64,000 nucleotides of DNA from a virus. Taxonomy: Duplodnaviria; Caudoviricetes. Position numbers and translations under genes: made by a program. Positions 54,264 to 63,013 of the stretch are shown one piece after another. Every line of letters starts with the position of its first letter. Position 1 is the stretch's first letter. The notes beneath the pieces were generated by a model that was not told the origin of the DNA, did not search any database, and saw only the letters and a list, made by a program, of their open reading frames with translations. The stretch is from positions 128,001 through 192,000 of the IMG/VR virus record IMGVR_UViG_3300028888_000047; one strand, 5' to 3'.

Positions 54264-54644
54264 TTATTCTTTATATAATATTTTTTTTAAACCATCTATA
54301 TATTCTTTTTCTTCATGAGTAGTCATTTCTCCATAAACTATTTTTTCACCAATTGTTTTCATCTTTTTACTGAGCATAGACCAAAAATCGAACTTTTCTT
54401 TAGTTTTTTCCCAATCAAAAGAATCATTTATGAAAAGATAAAACGTATTTATTAATTTTTCTTCTTCAGACAAAAAATTTCCGCTAAATCTTATTTGTAC
54501 ATAATTCTCTACAAATTTATTAAAACTTAAACCGCTATAACAATGTGACACTCCATATCTTTCCAACTTTTCAAAATTGGCGAAATATGCTCTATAAACT
54601 CCGTTATCCTTTAATATTCTAACGAAAACATCTTTAAAATTCAT
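54264..54644 (-). CDS. 'KRFLKE' paralog family protein
   Basis: FVRILKDNGVY...FDWEKTKEKFDFW. Confidence 0.7.
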   Translation of the reverse strand: MNFKDVFVRILKDNGVYRAYFANFEKLERYGVSHCYSGLSFNKFVENYVQIRFSGNFLSEEEKLINTFYLFINDSFDWEKTKEKFDFWSMLSKKMKTIGEKIVYGEMTTHEEKEYIDGLKKILYKE

Positions 54645-54708
54645 AACACAAAGATAACAAAAAAACGTGGAATAACCAAATATTCCACGTTAAATTATGT
54701 TAAAAACA

Positions 54709-54945
54709 CTAATTTTCTTCCTTTTCAAGAGTTTTTGGGTGGAAAATAAGTTGCCTAAGTTCAGGAGATTTTTCAAGTACATCAAGTCTGCGTAGCTCAA
54801 TTATTTTTTTGTTGTCAGACACATACTTTCTTGTTTCACACCACGTCTTTAGATTCGTAGTAACCGGTGATATTGCTCCAAAGAAAACAGCAGCAACAAA
54901 ACAAATAACAAATACTGTTGCCCAAATCAAATTTATCATAACCAT
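54709..54945 (-). CDS. Small membrane protein
   Basis: N-terminal TM segment. Confidence 0.6.
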   Translation of the reverse strand: MVMINLIWATVFVICFVAAVFFGAISPVTTNLKTWCETRKYVSDNKKIIELRRLDVLEKSPELRQLIFHPKTLEKEEN

Positions 54946-54958
54946 AAATCCAACAATT

Positions 54959-56245
54959 TTAACAACAAGTGATTAACGTATAATCTTTCTTACCCTTTTG
55001 CAACAGCAAATACTTACCATTGATAAGATTTGCATCAGTTACAAGTTCCTTCTCATTAACCTGCTTTGTCTTGTTAATGGAGAAACCATTGCTCTTGATT
55101 AGTTTTCTTGCCTCAGACTTTGAAGGAACTTTATCGTGCATTGCTGCAAGGTCAATAACAGTAACACCACTTGTGAACTGCTCCTTATTAACCTCGACGG
55201 TTGGAACACCATTCATTGCTGCCAAGAATGTCTTTTCATCCAACTTTTCAATGTCAGCCATTGTTCCCTTCCCAAAAAGAATTTCAGAAGTTTCAACAGC
55301 CTTGTTGTATTCTTCCTCAGAGTGAACAAGACAAGTCATATATTTCGCAAGAGTAGACTGCAATAAACGCTTCTCAGGTACTTCCCTGTGTTGCTCAATT
55401 AGTTTGTTAATTTCATCAATATCAATCAACGTGAACAGTTTTATGAAACGTTCAGAATCAGCGTCGCTTTGATTAAGCCAAAACTGATAGAACTCATAAG
55501 GGGTGGTTTTTTTAGCATCCAACCAAATATTACCCTTTTCCGACTTGCCAAATTTAGAGCCATCAGCTTTAGTTACAAGTGGCCAAGTAAGAACGCATGC
55601 ATCGTCCTTTTTCAGCATCTTATGAATAAGTTCAATACCTGTTGTTCCATTTCCGTACTGGTCACTTCCTCCAATTTGAAGTTTACAATTGTATTTTCTG
55701 TAAAGTTCAACAAAATCATTGCCTTGAATGAGCTGATATGTAAATTCTGTAAAAGACATTCCGCTGCCCTCGCGTTCCAAACGCTTTTTCACAGAATCCT
55801 TTGCCATCATATAATTCACAGTAATACATTTACCAACCTCACGGGCGAAATCAATGAAAGACATATTTTTCATCCAATCATAATTGTTGACCATAATTGC
55901 AGCGTTTGGCGCTGTAGAATTAAAATCTAACAACTTGGAAACTTGCGAACGAATTCCTTCGACATTATGAGCAACCGTTTCTGGGCTTAAAAGTTTACGC
56001 TCTTCAGATTTGAATGAAGGGTCGCCAATAAAGGCTGTGGCTCCGCCAAGCAAAACAATAGGCTTATGACCATGTTTTTGTAAAAGTTTTGCTGTTGTAA
56101 AGGCCAACAAGTGTCCTAAATGAAGGCTATCCGCCGTTGGGTCTGTTCCAACGTAGAAAGTTGTTGGTTTACTAAGCAACTCAACGAGGTTGCCTGATTT
56201 GCTTGCGATAAGCCCTCTAAATTCAAGTTCTTCTAATAGTGTCAT
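54959..56245 (-). CDS. tyrS: Tyrosyl-tRNA synthetase
   Basis: DPTADSLHLGH, GGSDQ.GN, KFGKS, C-terminal S4 domain. Confidence 0.96.
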   Translation of the reverse strand: MTLLEELEFRGLIASKSGNLVELLSKPTTFYVGTDPTADSLHLGHLLAFTTAKLLQKHGHKPIVLLGGATAFIGDPSFKSEERKLLSPETVAHNVEGIRSQVSKLLDFNSTAPNAAIMVNNYDWMKNMSFIDFAREVGKCITVNYMMAKDSVKKRLEREGSGMSFTEFTYQLIQGNDFVELYRKYNCKLQIGGSDQYGNGTTGIELIHKMLKKDDACVLTWPLVTKADGSKFGKSEKGNIWLDAKKTTPYEFYQFWLNQSDADSERFIKLFTLIDIDEINKLIEQHREVPEKRLLQSTLAKYMTCLVHSEEEYNKAVETSEILFGKGTMADIEKLDEKTFLAAMNGVPTVEVNKEQFTSGVTVIDLAAMHDKVPSKSEARKLIKSNGFSINKTKQVNEKELVTDANLINGKYLLLQKGKKDYTLITCC

Positions 56246-56573
56246 TTTTTATGCTAATTTAATTTACAGATTCAATTGGTATTTTAGGTTTGCAAATCAT
56301 TTGCAGCACAAGATTATCCATTTCAACGCTTGTTAATCCAAAACGCTTTTTCTCCTTCATACAGCCACTCTTATTGCAGCATTTTCCTTTGTTCTTGTGC
56401 TTTTTATGCCTTTTCTTGTAGAAAAACATCATGTCAACTTCTTTTAATCAATGTATAGTGCAAAGATACAAAAAAAATAGCAAAAAAAGAATTTTTTTAT
56501 GTTAATTAAACTTAAAAATGAGCAGCACCTCACGATGCTGCTCATTTATTTTCAGTACACTATGGCATCATTC

Positions 56574-58178
56574 TTATACCGTAATATAAGAAAGAATTTC
56601 TTGTCCAAGGGCAGTATTAATCATTTCCTCCATAGTAGGCTGCTTCTTTTCAACAGCTTCCTTTTCAGCCATTTCTCCACCAAGAAGTAGAGAAACAATA
56701 CTTCCATCAAAGCCACTAAAGAAATAACACCCGCTATTTTCAATTGTTGCAGGAACGTCTTGCGTTCTGCCTGTCACCTGCCACCAAATGAACTTCATAT
56801 CATCAACAAACTCCTTCGGAAACACCTCGTAAAATTCAGCCTTCATCCTCTCGTAGTTTGTCTCAGCATTACCATTCACAGGGTTAAATTGCATGTCTGA
56901 CACCACCAACAAGGTTTGTGGAAAATCTTTCAACGGAATTTCGGGATGTTCTTTTCTAATCCTAACAATTTCTTGAACAATGCTTTGGAAGTTGGTTCCG
57001 CCCCAGGCAGTTTTTGTGTTCACAATATCCGAAATCATATCACAGAATCCGCCTTCAAGCTGTTTAACACGTGATATATTATCGAACATAATGACATTCT
57101 TGTGGAATGCACCAGTATTGATTGTTGAGAAAAATACGCCAAGTGATATACAAATATCATAAGCTGTAATGTTTCCAACAACACTTGTGGTCATTGAACT
57201 GCTGGTGTCTAGAGCGCACCACACATTTCCAAGGATATTGCCATCTTCAACAGCCTTCTTAACAAGTTCGTCGAACTGCTTATCAATGGTGATTTTCTTG
57301 AACAATGGAAGATTGTTTGCCCTAGGGCTCCAACCACCTGACATAACCTCTTTTGCCAACTCATACACATAGCCTGTATACTTAACAGTTGGCTGTGCCA
57401 ATACCCATTCAGTATAACCCTTTTCAAGCTCATGCTTTGACAAGAACTTCTGCGAAGCAATCTTGCTAAGAGCACGTCCTGGAATAAGATTCCAATTAAT
57501 GTCCTTATAACGGCCACTACAAATAAGCTTTTGGAAATCGTGTGCTGTACCACTTGTCTTCAGCTTATTATAGTCCTTATAAGCCATACCGTTATAATTG
57601 GCATACTCACGCGCAAGTGAATTGGTAATTTGTGTCCAATCAGTTGTACACTTCGTATTGGTCTTAATACGAGGCATAAACTTCTTGATGAGCTCCATAT
57701 GAGCGCCACACTTCAGACCCTGATTAATAAGGTCAAAGATAACCTCATGATTGATGGCGTTTGTCTTAAATGTGATGTCATAGAACATCAATGTCCACAG
57801 GTCTTTCCATGAGCCTACCAATGGCAGAGCCCAAATATTCTTATAGAAAGAATCGGGCTGATTTACAGCAATCCACAATAGGCGCTTAAAGGCTTCATCA
57901 CGAACGCCTTGTCCTTTTTGTACCTTCTCGGTAACGTTGTCGTTATTGACCTTAACCTTACGTGTTACCATACGAAGGTAGAATGGGAAACGAAGAGCTT
58001 GTTCTGGATTCTCAATCCACAAAGCCTCTTGCTCCTTAAATACGGCGTTTATATCACGGCCTCGATAGTTTGCAGCCTTACCAAATTGGTCTACCAATAC
58101 GCTACCTGTACTCTTGTAACTTACAGCTCCATTCTCGGTTAGCGCAAAGTTGTTAAAATCGTACTTAAACTTTTCCAT
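56574..58178 (-). CDS. DUF2828-type helical plus vWA protein (Ro60/TROVE-like architecture)
   Basis: TENGA N-terminus, GQG.RD, G.WKDL, MIDAS DTSSSM, TNF, SDMQF, WW.V, SGF. Confidence 0.8.
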   Translation of the reverse strand: MEKFKYDFNNFALTENGAVSYKSTGSVLVDQFGKAANYRGRDINAVFKEQEALWIENPEQALRFPFYLRMVTRKVKVNNDNVTEKVQKGQGVRDEAFKRLLWIAVNQPDSFYKNIWALPLVGSWKDLWTLMFYDITFKTNAINHEVIFDLINQGLKCGAHMELIKKFMPRIKTNTKCTTDWTQITNSLAREYANYNGMAYKDYNKLKTSGTAHDFQKLICSGRYKDINWNLIPGRALSKIASQKFLSKHELEKGYTEWVLAQPTVKYTGYVYELAKEVMSGGWSPRANNLPLFKKITIDKQFDELVKKAVEDGNILGNVWCALDTSSSMTTSVVGNITAYDICISLGVFFSTINTGAFHKNVIMFDNISRVKQLEGGFCDMISDIVNTKTAWGGTNFQSIVQEIVRIRKEHPEIPLKDFPQTLLVVSDMQFNPVNGNAETNYERMKAEFYEVFPKEFVDDMKFIWWQVTGRTQDVPATIENSGCYFFSGFDGSIVSLLLGGEMAEKEAVEKKQPTMEEMINTALGQEILSYITV

Positions 58179-58301
58179 ATGCTTTTTCTTAATCGTTATT
58201 TTTGCAAAGATACAAAAAATATTATTAAAAACAAAATTTTTTATGCAAAAAAGTGTTAATTTAAGGTAAAAAGATATTTATATATAAAATATTGTGATAT
58301 T

Positions 58302-58775
58302 ATGAATATTGATAAGATTATTACAGAAGAGATAAATAGATTTATAGATGAAGAAGTTCTTGTCGAAAAAAATAAGCACCATAAAAGCGAAAAAAATAAA
58401 GCAATTAGTGATATTTTGACGGGTAAAAAAGAACTAAAAAAGGGAAAGGTTAAGAAAAAAGATTTAGCTTCAACAAAGAAGAACGCTAAAAAATTAAAAA
58501 ATGGCCTTCGTACAGATTTTGATGCTAAGAAAGATAAAGAAACAAATCCAAACTTGAACAATCAAGATAGTGAGGATATTGCTAATGTAATTGACAGCCC
58601 ATTGGTTAATACTGCTGCTGTTGCTCATGAACTTCGCCCTGATTTAACTCCCGAAGGCGCTCAATCAGAATTGAGGAAGAAGGTTAAGGGTTTAAAGAGT
58701 GACAGTGGTTCTACTTATAAGCTTAAGAAAAAAGAAGCATTTAAATTGAATAGAATTTTATCAAAATATATGTAA
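58302..58775 (+). CDS. Basic hypothetical protein with MNI.KIITE.IN motif (only credible plus-strand gene)
   Basis: Preceded by ATATTTAT (58274); followed by a bidirectional terminator GGTGGA-TATTTG-TCCACC. Confidence 0.72.
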   Translation: MNIDKIITEEINRFIDEEVLVEKNKHHKSEKNKAISDILTGKKELKKGKVKKKDLASTKKNAKKLKNGLRTDFDAKKDKETNPNLNNQDSEDIANVIDSPLVNTAAVAHELRPDLTPEGAQSELRKKVKGLKSDSGSTYKLKKKEAFKLNRILSKYM

Positions 58776-58777
58776 TA

Positions 58778-58808
58778 AAAAAGGTGGATATTTGTCCACC
58801 TTTATTTT
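58778..58808. terminator. Bidirectional intrinsic terminator
   Basis: A-tract, AAGGTGGA-TATTTG-TCCACCTT, T-tract, between convergent genes. Confidence 0.75.
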
Positions 58809-59032
58809 TATCTTTCCTTATAATTTTCTTCTAAGGTATACTCATTACTTTTTGAAAAAGGAAGCCCCCAATATCTAGATGGGGTGTTGGCAAACATACC
58901 CTCAACTTCATAAATTGTATAACCTTTATTCACTTCATCAACTTCAATAACTTTTGAAATGCATTTTTCTCCACGGACTATTTGAGAAATATAATCTCCT
59001 ACATTAAATTTCTGAATTTTATTTTTCGACAT
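58808..59032 (-). CDS. Hypothetical protein
   Basis: ORF track. Confidence 0.55.
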   Translation of the reverse strand: MSKNKIQKFNVGDYISQIVRGEKCISKVIEVDEVNKGYTIYEVEGMFANTPSRYWGLPFSKSNEYTLEENYKER

Positions 59033-59038
59033 AGTTTG

Positions 59039-60004
59039 TTAATTATTTAAAATATAGTTAATATTTTTCTTATATACTTCCCTCATACATTCTTTAGAAT
59101 CAGTTATAATTTGCCTAACTCTTTCCTTTGTAAGTTTTGTCCTATCTGCAATTTCAGAAACCGGGCATGGAGCATTATGTCTTTCTCCAATGCCAAAATA
59201 CATTTTGATAATGCTTTTATCTCTTTCTGAAAGTTCTCTCATAAGAGTATTAACAAGTGCTCCTAGATGTTCAAGTTCTGCTTTTGATTCATACTCATTA
59301 CTTGATGAGCTGTACGAATTAAACAATGACAAATGCCCTGCATTTGCGCCATCATTATCGCCGTCTCCATCAATAGGTTCATCTATCGATGATACTCTTA
59401 CGGTTAGAACATCAGCAGAATCTTTAATTTTAGCATTTGGGTAATGCTTATTAATGAACTCCATAAGTTCCTCGCTTGTTGGCTCTCTTTGAAATTCTTG
59501 AACAAACTTATTTGTCATGTTTGATATGACGTGGTAAGTTTTTGATTCATTGTTCTTTCTGATGAGCAGACCATCGTTTTGCCTAAACAGGTTAATTTTC
59601 TGTCTAATAAGATAGATTGCGTGAGTTTGAAATCTATTTCCAAGAGTGACATCAAACGTGTCTACGGCTTCAATAAGGCCAATATTTCCTTCATCAATTA
59701 GGTCAAGAAAATTGTTATTGGTAGCATATATTCTTGCCACAGAGATAACAAAGCGAAGATTGGAATTTATGATAAAATTCCTCAATGATTCAACTTCCTT
59801 TCTATATTTTGCAGACAGTTTAATATCTTTTTTTGCCATTGCCTTTTTAAGACATTCTTTCCCTTCATTGAGGGTCATAAAAAGTTCTTTCTCCCTATCT
59901 GCATCTATTACGTCATAATCACGTACTTCATTAAGATATTTCGTTAGTGTTTCAGTTCTTTCGAAATAGTTGTTTGTTGTTTTAAAATTAGGCGTTGTTG
60001 CCAT
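59039..60004 (-). CDS. Sigma-70 family RNA polymerase sigma factor
   Basis: NLRFVISVAR, DLIDEGNIGL..AV..FD, RF.T.A...IRQ, region 4 TKERVRQI. Confidence 0.92.
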   Translation of the reverse strand: MATTPNFKTTNNYFERTETLTKYLNEVRDYDVIDADREKELFMTLNEGKECLKKAMAKKDIKLSAKYRKEVESLRNFIINSNLRFVISVARIYATNNNFLDLIDEGNIGLIEAVDTFDVTLGNRFQTHAIYLIRQKINLFRQNDGLLIRKNNESKTYHVISNMTNKFVQEFQREPTSEELMEFINKHYPNAKIKDSADVLTVRVSSIDEPIDGDGDNDGANAGHLSLFNSYSSSSNEYESKAELEHLGALVNTLMRELSERDKSIIKMYFGIGERHNAPCPVSEIADRTKLTKERVRQIITDSKECMREVYKKNINYILNN

Positions 60005-60009
60005 ATAAA

Positions 60010-60537
60010 TTATCCTTTCTTTTTAAGTATAACAATTGTTTTATTTCCATCGTCTCTTGGCTGAGATTCAGGTGTTGCAACATCTTCCAATAGCACGATG
60101 AATTCAAGTATTGAGCGTTTATTGTCGTCTCGCCTCATCAATTCTCTTCCCTTCATTGTCAAGGTAACTTTAACCTTATTACCATTTTCAATGAATTTTT
60201 TTGCATTATTGGCTTTTGTCTGCAAATCGTGTTCAGTAATATTAACTGACAGTTGTATTTCTTTTAAAGGCTTTGCTGATTGTTTGTTTTTCTTTGCGGC
60301 CTTTTTAAGTTCATACATCATTTTTTCATAAGATGCGATTTTAATTATAGCCGGGCTTGCTGATGGATTGATTTCAATTAAATCAAGTTGCATATCTTCA
60401 GCAATCCTTTTTGCTTCTGATAATGAAACAACTCTACTTTCAATTCCCTCACCAACTATGCGCACATCTTTATGCCCATATATTTCGTCATTAACACGAA
60501 ACTTTGGCGCATTAAAAACATTTTTGTTTTTTGCCAT
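60010..60537 (-). CDS. infC: Translation initiation factor IF-3
   Basis: VNDEI...VRIV, LDLIEI.P.A.P.I.KI..Y.K..YE, KEIQL, HDL.TK, KVKV...KGRE. Confidence 0.95.
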   Translation of the reverse strand: MAKNKNVFNAPKFRVNDEIYGHKDVRIVGEGIESRVVSLSEAKRIAEDMQLDLIEINPSASPAIIKIASYEKMMYELKKAAKKNKQSAKPLKEIQLSVNITEHDLQTKANNAKKFIENGNKVKVTLTMKGRELMRRDDNKRSILEFIVLLEDVATPESQPRDDGNKTIVILKKKG

Positions 60538-60842
60538 TAATTGTTTTGATTAATAATGTATTCTAATTTTTCTATTCTGCTTTTTATTTCCTTTAACTCA
60601 TCTTCTTTCAATGAAAGAAACATTTTCTCATAAGAAAGCTGTTGCTTAGCCTCTTCTACAGACATTGGCTTCTTCGCTTGTTCATCAGCTTTTATTTCGT
60701 TTTCTTCCATTTTACGAATAAACCTTTCAGCAACCTCTCCTTCAAGAATTGGCATTGGCTTAGAAAAGTCAGTATAAGCTAATGCTGTTGGTTCATCGTC
60801 ATAATCAGCAGCAAAGATACACTTTTTATTTGACATACACAA
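60537..60842 (-). CDS. Hypothetical coiled-coil protein
   Basis: ORF track. Confidence 0.55.
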   Translation of the reverse strand: MCMSNKKCIFAADYDDEPTALAYTDFSKPMPILEGEVAERFIRKMEENEIKADEQAKKPMSVEEAKQQLSYEKMFLSLKEDELKEIKSRIEKLEYIINQNN

Positions 60843-60867
60843 ATATTTTTAGTTAAATGATGTTAAA

Positions 60868-61245
60868 TCATGATTCTTTCTCAAAAATCAACTCGTTGTC
60901 TTTAGCTTTATACACGCCTACCTCTAACCCACCTTTAACAACATATTGATGTATAAGAGCCTCTATATAATAGAGATTGTCAACAATGTATTTATGCAAT
61001 GATAGAATACGATTTGTATCTTCTTCGCTAAAGGCTTTTCCTTCCGGGTCATCTTCGGTGCCTTTGATTGCTCTATCATATATTCCCAAAGCCATTGCCA
61101 AATCTTCCATTAGCCCAAAGCCAATAGAATACATATGCGATGAGTCTATTGTTATTGTTTTATTATCAAACCCATTTTTTTCTTGTAGAAATATAATAGG
61201 TATAACTTTCAATAAATCTTCTGTAACTTCAATTCTTTTTATCAT
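60868..61245 (-). CDS. Hypothetical protein
   Basis: ORF track. Confidence 0.6.
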   Translation of the reverse strand: MIKRIEVTEDLLKVIPIIFLQEKNGFDNKTITIDSSHMYSIGFGLMEDLAMALGIYDRAIKGTEDDPEGKAFSEEDTNRILSLHKYIVDNLYYIEALIHQYVVKGGLEVGVYKAKDNELIFEKES

Positions 61246-61256
61246 ACTTGTAAAAA

Positions 61257-61862
61257 TTAATATCTAGCATGTCCATTATTTTTTATTCTTTCGTCCGCTT
61301 CTTCTTTTCTTTTTTTAACAGCTTCATAGTAAGCTTCCAAATCAATTTCTTTTAATTTCAATTCAGATATTCTTACTTTTTTCAATTCTTCAGAACGGCT
61401 TAACTGTACATAATCATATATGGTTAAATCAACATCTTTGATGGTATTCATAAAAATACCTATTATTTTATTTTTATCGCCATTTCCATCAAAATTACTG
61501 CCTCCTAATAATGTACAAGCAACTTTTTTCCCTTTATATAATATATTAACTAATTTAAGACATTTTTCAAGGGATTCATATTCCAAATAATCTTTTTTTA
61601 AATCCGGCCTAAAATTTCCTTTATTGATATATAATAGAGCGAATTTAGGTTTTCCTTCTTTTTCGCACTCAAGTATTGTTCCAAGTTTTGCCTCATCGCC
61701 ATATTTGGTTGACATGTTTTTATCCTGTACATATGGATAATTAAGCATTACTTTTCTTTGAAACCCTTGAGATAGATTACAATATATATTAGTTCCTACC
61801 AATATAACGTCATACTTATCTATGTCTTCGTATAAGTCAGTTCCTGTTGTTATTTTAACCAT
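61257..61862 (-). CDS. Macro-domain-like (ADP-ribose-binding) protein
   Basis: TGTDL..., DVILVGTN...SQGF, LG.I, Y..LE.CL, LLGG. Confidence 0.5.
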   Translation of the reverse strand: MVKITTGTDLYEDIDKYDVILVGTNIYCNLSQGFQRKVMLNYPYVQDKNMSTKYGDEAKLGTILECEKEGKPKFALLYINKGNFRPDLKKDYLEYESLEKCLKLVNILYKGKKVACTLLGGSNFDGNGDKNKIIGIFMNTIKDVDLTIYDYVQLSRSEELKKVRISELKLKEIDLEAYYEAVKKRKEEADERIKNNGHARY

Positions 61863-61864
61863 AA

Positions 61865-62989
61865 TTATTCGTGTAATGGCTTAATAGTTTTCTTCACAAC
61901 CTTATTATAAACAGGTTCATCTGGTAATCCAGGTTCATTATATCCCGGTATTGCATTATCATTTTCGTAGCCTTCATCTTCCTCAACCTCTAATGGGTCT
62001 TCCTCATATATAGGATTACAAGCAGATTCTTCATCACATTTAGATTGTTTATCATAGCTATCCTTAAAACCTATTTTTCTTCCGTCATCCTCAGTAACTT
62101 TATAATGACCATTATGCTTTCTTGCTTTTTCTATTCTTTCGAACACAACATCTTCAGGTATATCATCAACATATATTCCTTGTATTGCTTCTTTAACAAA
62201 GTCAAAAGTAAAACCTTCTGTCTTTTCGACATACCTTTTTATGTCTTCTTTAACTTTGTCAGAATCCACATTAACGCCACCATCTTTAAGTTTATTGTAG
62301 ATATAATATTCCCTCACCTTTGCGTCTGGTTTCTTATATTCAAGAACAAGATTGAATCTACTTGGTCTACAAGTCCAACGCTTTTCAAGATTCTCCGGGT
62401 AATTGGTTGTGGCGATAGTTACAATACTATCAAGTTGTTCATTTCCATCCAACAATTGTAGTAAAAGGGCTGAATAGTATTCGTCTTTAGCCAGCCTTTC
62501 GAAATCTTCGATAATAGTTATTATCTTTCTATTAGGTTCTACTTGTCTAAACTTGCCCATTATCTTTGTATAATAGTCAAGTTCCCTTTGTGTATCAATG
62601 CAAACAATAATACCATTATATTTCTTAATTAACTCTTGGCACATTATGTTTATAAGACAAGTCTTGCCATTACCAGGAATTGAATATAACAATATATTTC
62701 TTTTATATACGCTTTGGAATTTTCTATATCTATCTTCAGATTTCCAAAAACGTTGTATGTCATCTACAATTACGTCTTTGGCTTCGTTTGGCAGTAAATA
62801 CAACTTTGGGGTTATAATTTTCTTTGGCTCAAGATAAAATTCGCCACTATATGAATCATGAGCCGGTTTATAAAATCCTGCAGGTATTGTTTTCACGGTG
62901 GCTTGCATTGGATAATATCCATCGCCTTTTAACTTGTATTGGCAATATGTGTTTTTGCCGTCGTTTTTTTTGTTATTAGAAATTTTCAT
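61865..62989 (-). CDS. AAA+ ATPase
   Basis: Walker A variant SIPGNGKT, Walker B IIEDFE, ATTNYPE, RPSRF. Confidence 0.88.
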   Translation of the reverse strand: MKISNNKKNDGKNTYCQYKLKGDGYYPMQATVKTIPAGFYKPAHDSYSGEFYLEPKKIITPKLYLLPNEAKDVIVDDIQRFWKSEDRYRKFQSVYKRNILLYSIPGNGKTCLINIMCQELIKKYNGIIVCIDTQRELDYYTKIMGKFRQVEPNRKIITIIEDFERLAKDEYYSALLLQLLDGNEQLDSIVTIATTNYPENLEKRWTCRPSRFNLVLEYKKPDAKVREYYIYNKLKDGGVNVDSDKVKEDIKRYVEKTEGFTFDFVKEAIQGIYVDDIPEDVVFERIEKARKHNGHYKVTEDDGRKIGFKDSYDKQSKCDEESACNPIYEEDPLEVEEDEGYENDNAIPGYNEPGLPDEPVYNKVVKKTIKPLHE

Positions 62990-63013
62990 ACTTGTATTTT
63001 TTAAAATGTAACA

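Noticed and set aside
58256-58561. 101-aa hydrophobic minus-strand ORF
   Set aside because: It is the antisense of the Lys-rich plus-strand gene, and its Phe/Leu richness simply mirrors AAA codons.
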